DNA of 11,725 nt from the NCBI RefSeq assembly GCF_006345805.1, contig NW_021826914.1, forward strand, positions 1 to 11,725. The letters are read 5' to 3'. The DNA comes from Octopus sinensis. Its lineage: Eukaryota. Shown here piece after piece: positions 9,054-11,725 of this stretch; the stretch's first letter is position 1; the number at the start of each line of letters is the position of its first letter. The position numbers and the translations under genes are program-made. The notes under the pieces were generated by a model, which was given only the letters and a program-made list of their open reading frames with translations, made no database searches and was not told the DNA's origin.

Positions 9054-9250
9054 GCATGAATATAGCTTTATACTTGTATGCATATACATTAACATATATA
9101 TGCATATATATATATATATGCATATATATTCATACAAACATTTATTTATGCAAGAATATATATATATTCATATACATATACATCTATCTATATATATACA
9201 TACATAATTATTACCATTAATGCTACTACTCTACTACTACTACTACTACT
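8855..9250. repeat. Compound (CA)n/(TA)n/(TAC)n microsatellite field
   Basis: Read directly. Confidence 0.9.
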
Positions 9251-10231
9251 TACACTACGTCGTTCTTCATTTCGATGGCCGTGGACTACTTTTCTGACAT
9301 AACTGTTTGTTAAAATTTGAAAGACAATTCGGATTTAAACAATAGAAAAGATAAAAACCTTAACGCTTCCCTAAGAGACATCGAAGTTCAAAAATAGTCG
9401 TACTAAATAAAGTAACAGAATGTCTAACTAATCATTTTTATATGCTGAATAATGTCGTTTTGTTCACTATTTAAAAAAAATTTCTTTTCCTTCGTTCTGA
9501 CTAATGACACATGAACACGTACCCAAACCATGCACATTCGACTTGTTCATATATATATATATATACATGCATACAGGCACACATACACATATGAAGCAAG
9601 CCCAGACCCTCTAACATACACACATTCATACACAGAGACACATATTTATAGGTGGGCGTTTCACATGTGTCATGAAAACAGACATCTAGAAACCCGATGC
9701 CCATATCTCCAAATATAGACGTCCGAAATGCTTTCTGCTTTACTGGACGACCAGCTGGAGCCTGTACTTGCACACTACACCGAAAGAAACGGAATTTCGT
9801 TTTGTGGTGAAGGATGATTTTTACAGTTATTATCAACGTATCAAGCTCCAATGAAGAAATCTGAATTAAATCAATTATTAATTAATCGTGTTGAATGACA
9901 ACAGTGTGAAAGCTCGCCATGTATGTATACTACATATATAGGAAGTTCTGTCTGTGGGTGTGATTGTGGAGTTGGTAGCTAACTCCTCCTACATCGTTTT
10001 ATCGATTTTGATGAAACGTGACACGTGAGTAGAACTCATGTCTGGAAACCCCATGGCATACTCAGATTGTGGAAAGAATTGATAATAGGACCCCTGGAAG
10101 GGATCCTTATATATATATACTGAAATTGAGGAAGCAATATCCACGTAAGGAATTGTTAAAGACAATCCAGATGCCAACTGGTTTTAACCTCTCTCCCTAT
10201 TTATATATATATATATAAAGAGTATCTTTAA

Positions 10232-10265
<34 letters not shown>

Positions 10266-10337
10266 GTTATTGTTATTATTATTATTATAATTTTTAATTA
10301 TATATATGTATGTATATATATATTATGTATGTATGTA

Positions 10338-10376
<39 letters not shown>
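10232..10376. repeat. (ATT)n followed by (TATG)n/(TA)n
   Basis: Read directly. Confidence 0.9.
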
Positions 10377-10379
<3 letters not shown>

Positions 10380-10615
10380 GGCGCAGGAGTGGCTGTGTGG
10401 TATGTAGCATGCTCATCAGTTACATGGGTTCAGTTCCACAGCCTCACACCTTGAGCAAGTGTCGTCTACTATAGCTGCGGGCCGACCAACTAAGCGGTTC
10501 GGCAAAAGAGACCAGGCAGAATTACTAGGGTCGATCTGTTCGACTAAAGGCGGTGCTGAAGCATGGTCGTAGTCAAATGAGTGAAAGAAGTAAAAGAATA
10601 AGAGAATAAAATAAT
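10380..10615 (+). mobile_element. SINE family A copy with an internal deletion of about 130 bp
   Basis: A-box TGGCTGTGTGG (10390), B-box-like GGGTTCAGTTCC (10426), core CCTTGAGCAAGT (10449). GGGCCGACCAA (10479-10489) joins CTAAGCGGTTCGGCAAAA directly, whereas the 7580-7975 copy has 131 bp (7736-7866) between these motifs. AAG-rich tail. Confidence 0.85.
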
Positions 10616-10624
10616 ATATATGTG

Positions 10625-10855
10625 CGCGCATGTGCGTGTACGTGGTGTCTGTGTGCCCCCTCACACACACACACACACACACATCATTTGACCACCGATG
10701 TTTATGTCCCTGAAATTTAGACGATCAGGAAAAAGTGATCGATTTAAGAACAATTCTTAATGCGGATGATTTTATCGATTTAACAATGTAAGGCGCTGCT
10801 CCAGAATGGCCGCAGTCCGATGAGTGAAAAGAGGAAAAGAAGAAACGAAAGAATG
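10625..10855 (+). mobile_element. SINE family A 3' half, more diverged copy
   Basis: GTGTCTGTG-(CA)n-TTTATGTCCCTGAAA, then AAGGCGCTGCTCCAGAATGGCCGCAGTC (10790-10817) and an AAG-rich tail; homologous to about 7580-7800 (minus strand) and 10490-10615. Confidence 0.75.
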
Positions 10856-11254
10856 AATATTAATGAAAAATATTGGAATTCATTCTGTGTTACGAATTCA
10901 AAGAAAGAACGAATTCCTGCATATTTCTGATTGGGAGGTGGTGGTCAGTAATGGAATGCAGCTTCGTGTTATAAGAATTCTACCACATAATAACGTTGAT
11001 GAATAAGTACATCTAAGCCAGTGCCATTCGACTAATGAATGAACAATTGTACTGGATTGAAGACAGAAGGGAGAAAATGGCGTGACATCAACCGGAGCCG
11101 CCATCACCAGCTTCGTCAGTTTGGACACCAGTGTACCAGTGGCACACAGGTATCATAGCAACAAACATCTCCAGCAGTGCTTTCGCAGCCATCACTGCCA
11201 CCGACACCTGAAAAACAAACCACCAACAACACCAGTGCCAACAACCCCAGCGCA

Positions 11255-11472
11255 ACCACCTCCACCACCACCAGCACTATCATCATCATCTCATCATCAT
11301 CACCACCATCTCCAACACCGGCACTATCATCATCATCATCATCATCATACCTCCACCACCAGCACTATCATCATCATTATCATCATCAACAGCATCATCA
11401 TCATCACCACCACCGCCAGCACTATCATCATCATCATCATCATCATCATCATCGTAGTCGTCGTCGTCGTCG

Positions 11473-11520
<48 letters not shown>

Positions 11521-11601
11521 CCATCATGATCATCATCATGATCATCATCATGATCATGATCATCATCATCATCATCATCATCATCGACACTACAGCACTA
11601 T
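11255..11601. repeat. (CAT)n/(CAC)n tract with a recurring CCAGCACTAT unit
   Basis: Read directly; gives poly-His, poly-Ile, poly-Ser and poly-Met in different frames. Confidence 0.92.
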
Positions 11602-11725
11602 AATAACACAAACAGTTCCGCCGCCTCTACTGTACATCACCTCCATATCAACCATCAGCTCAATTAGTGTATATTATTCGTCTGCAACCAAACTAAAAGT
11701 ACATTCTTCGTTTTGAAACCAACAA

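Noticed and set aside
9719-9806. Possible exon reading TSEMLSALLDDQLEPVLAHYTERNGISFC
   Set aside because: Weak splice sites, no recognisable protein and no partner exons; needs RNA-seq or BLASTX.
9968-10041. Two short hairpins (GGAGTTG/TAACTCC and ACGTGAGT/ACTCATGT)
   Set aside because: Stems of 7-8 bp with G-U pairs are expected by chance.
10876-10980. Four GAATTC hexamers within 105 bp
   Set aside because: No consistent repeat unit and not a canonical heat-shock element (nGAAnnTTCn); probably chance in AT-rich DNA.
11082-11716. His-rich (179 aa), Ile-rich (173 aa) and Met-rich ORFs
   Set aside because: They are alternative frames of a (CAT)n tract. There are no Gly-His repeat motifs as in squid histidine-rich beak proteins, and no signal peptide or domain.

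Overview
AT-rich, microsatellite-dense eukaryotic non-coding DNA (intron or intergenic). From memory, the SINE families and compound TA/CA/CAT microsatellites resemble Octopus (coleoid cephalopod) repeats; this is an inference, not a search result. I can support no intact host gene: the listed ORFs are either microsatellite read-throughs or unrecognisable. The sequence does support: a decayed mariner transposase fragment (1-207); a heavily decayed piggyBac-like transposase on the minus strand (about 5385-6345) with a tRNA-derived SINE at or inside its 3' end; four pieces of a second SINE family that carries an internal microsatellite; two long inverted repeats (6809-6995, 7455-7572); a perfect 24-bp direct repeat bracketing an 830-bp segment free of microsatellites; and a degenerate minimal hammerhead-like motif (509-544). 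I found no convincing new multi-gene system. The best leads are transposon fossils and structured-RNA or foldback elements.
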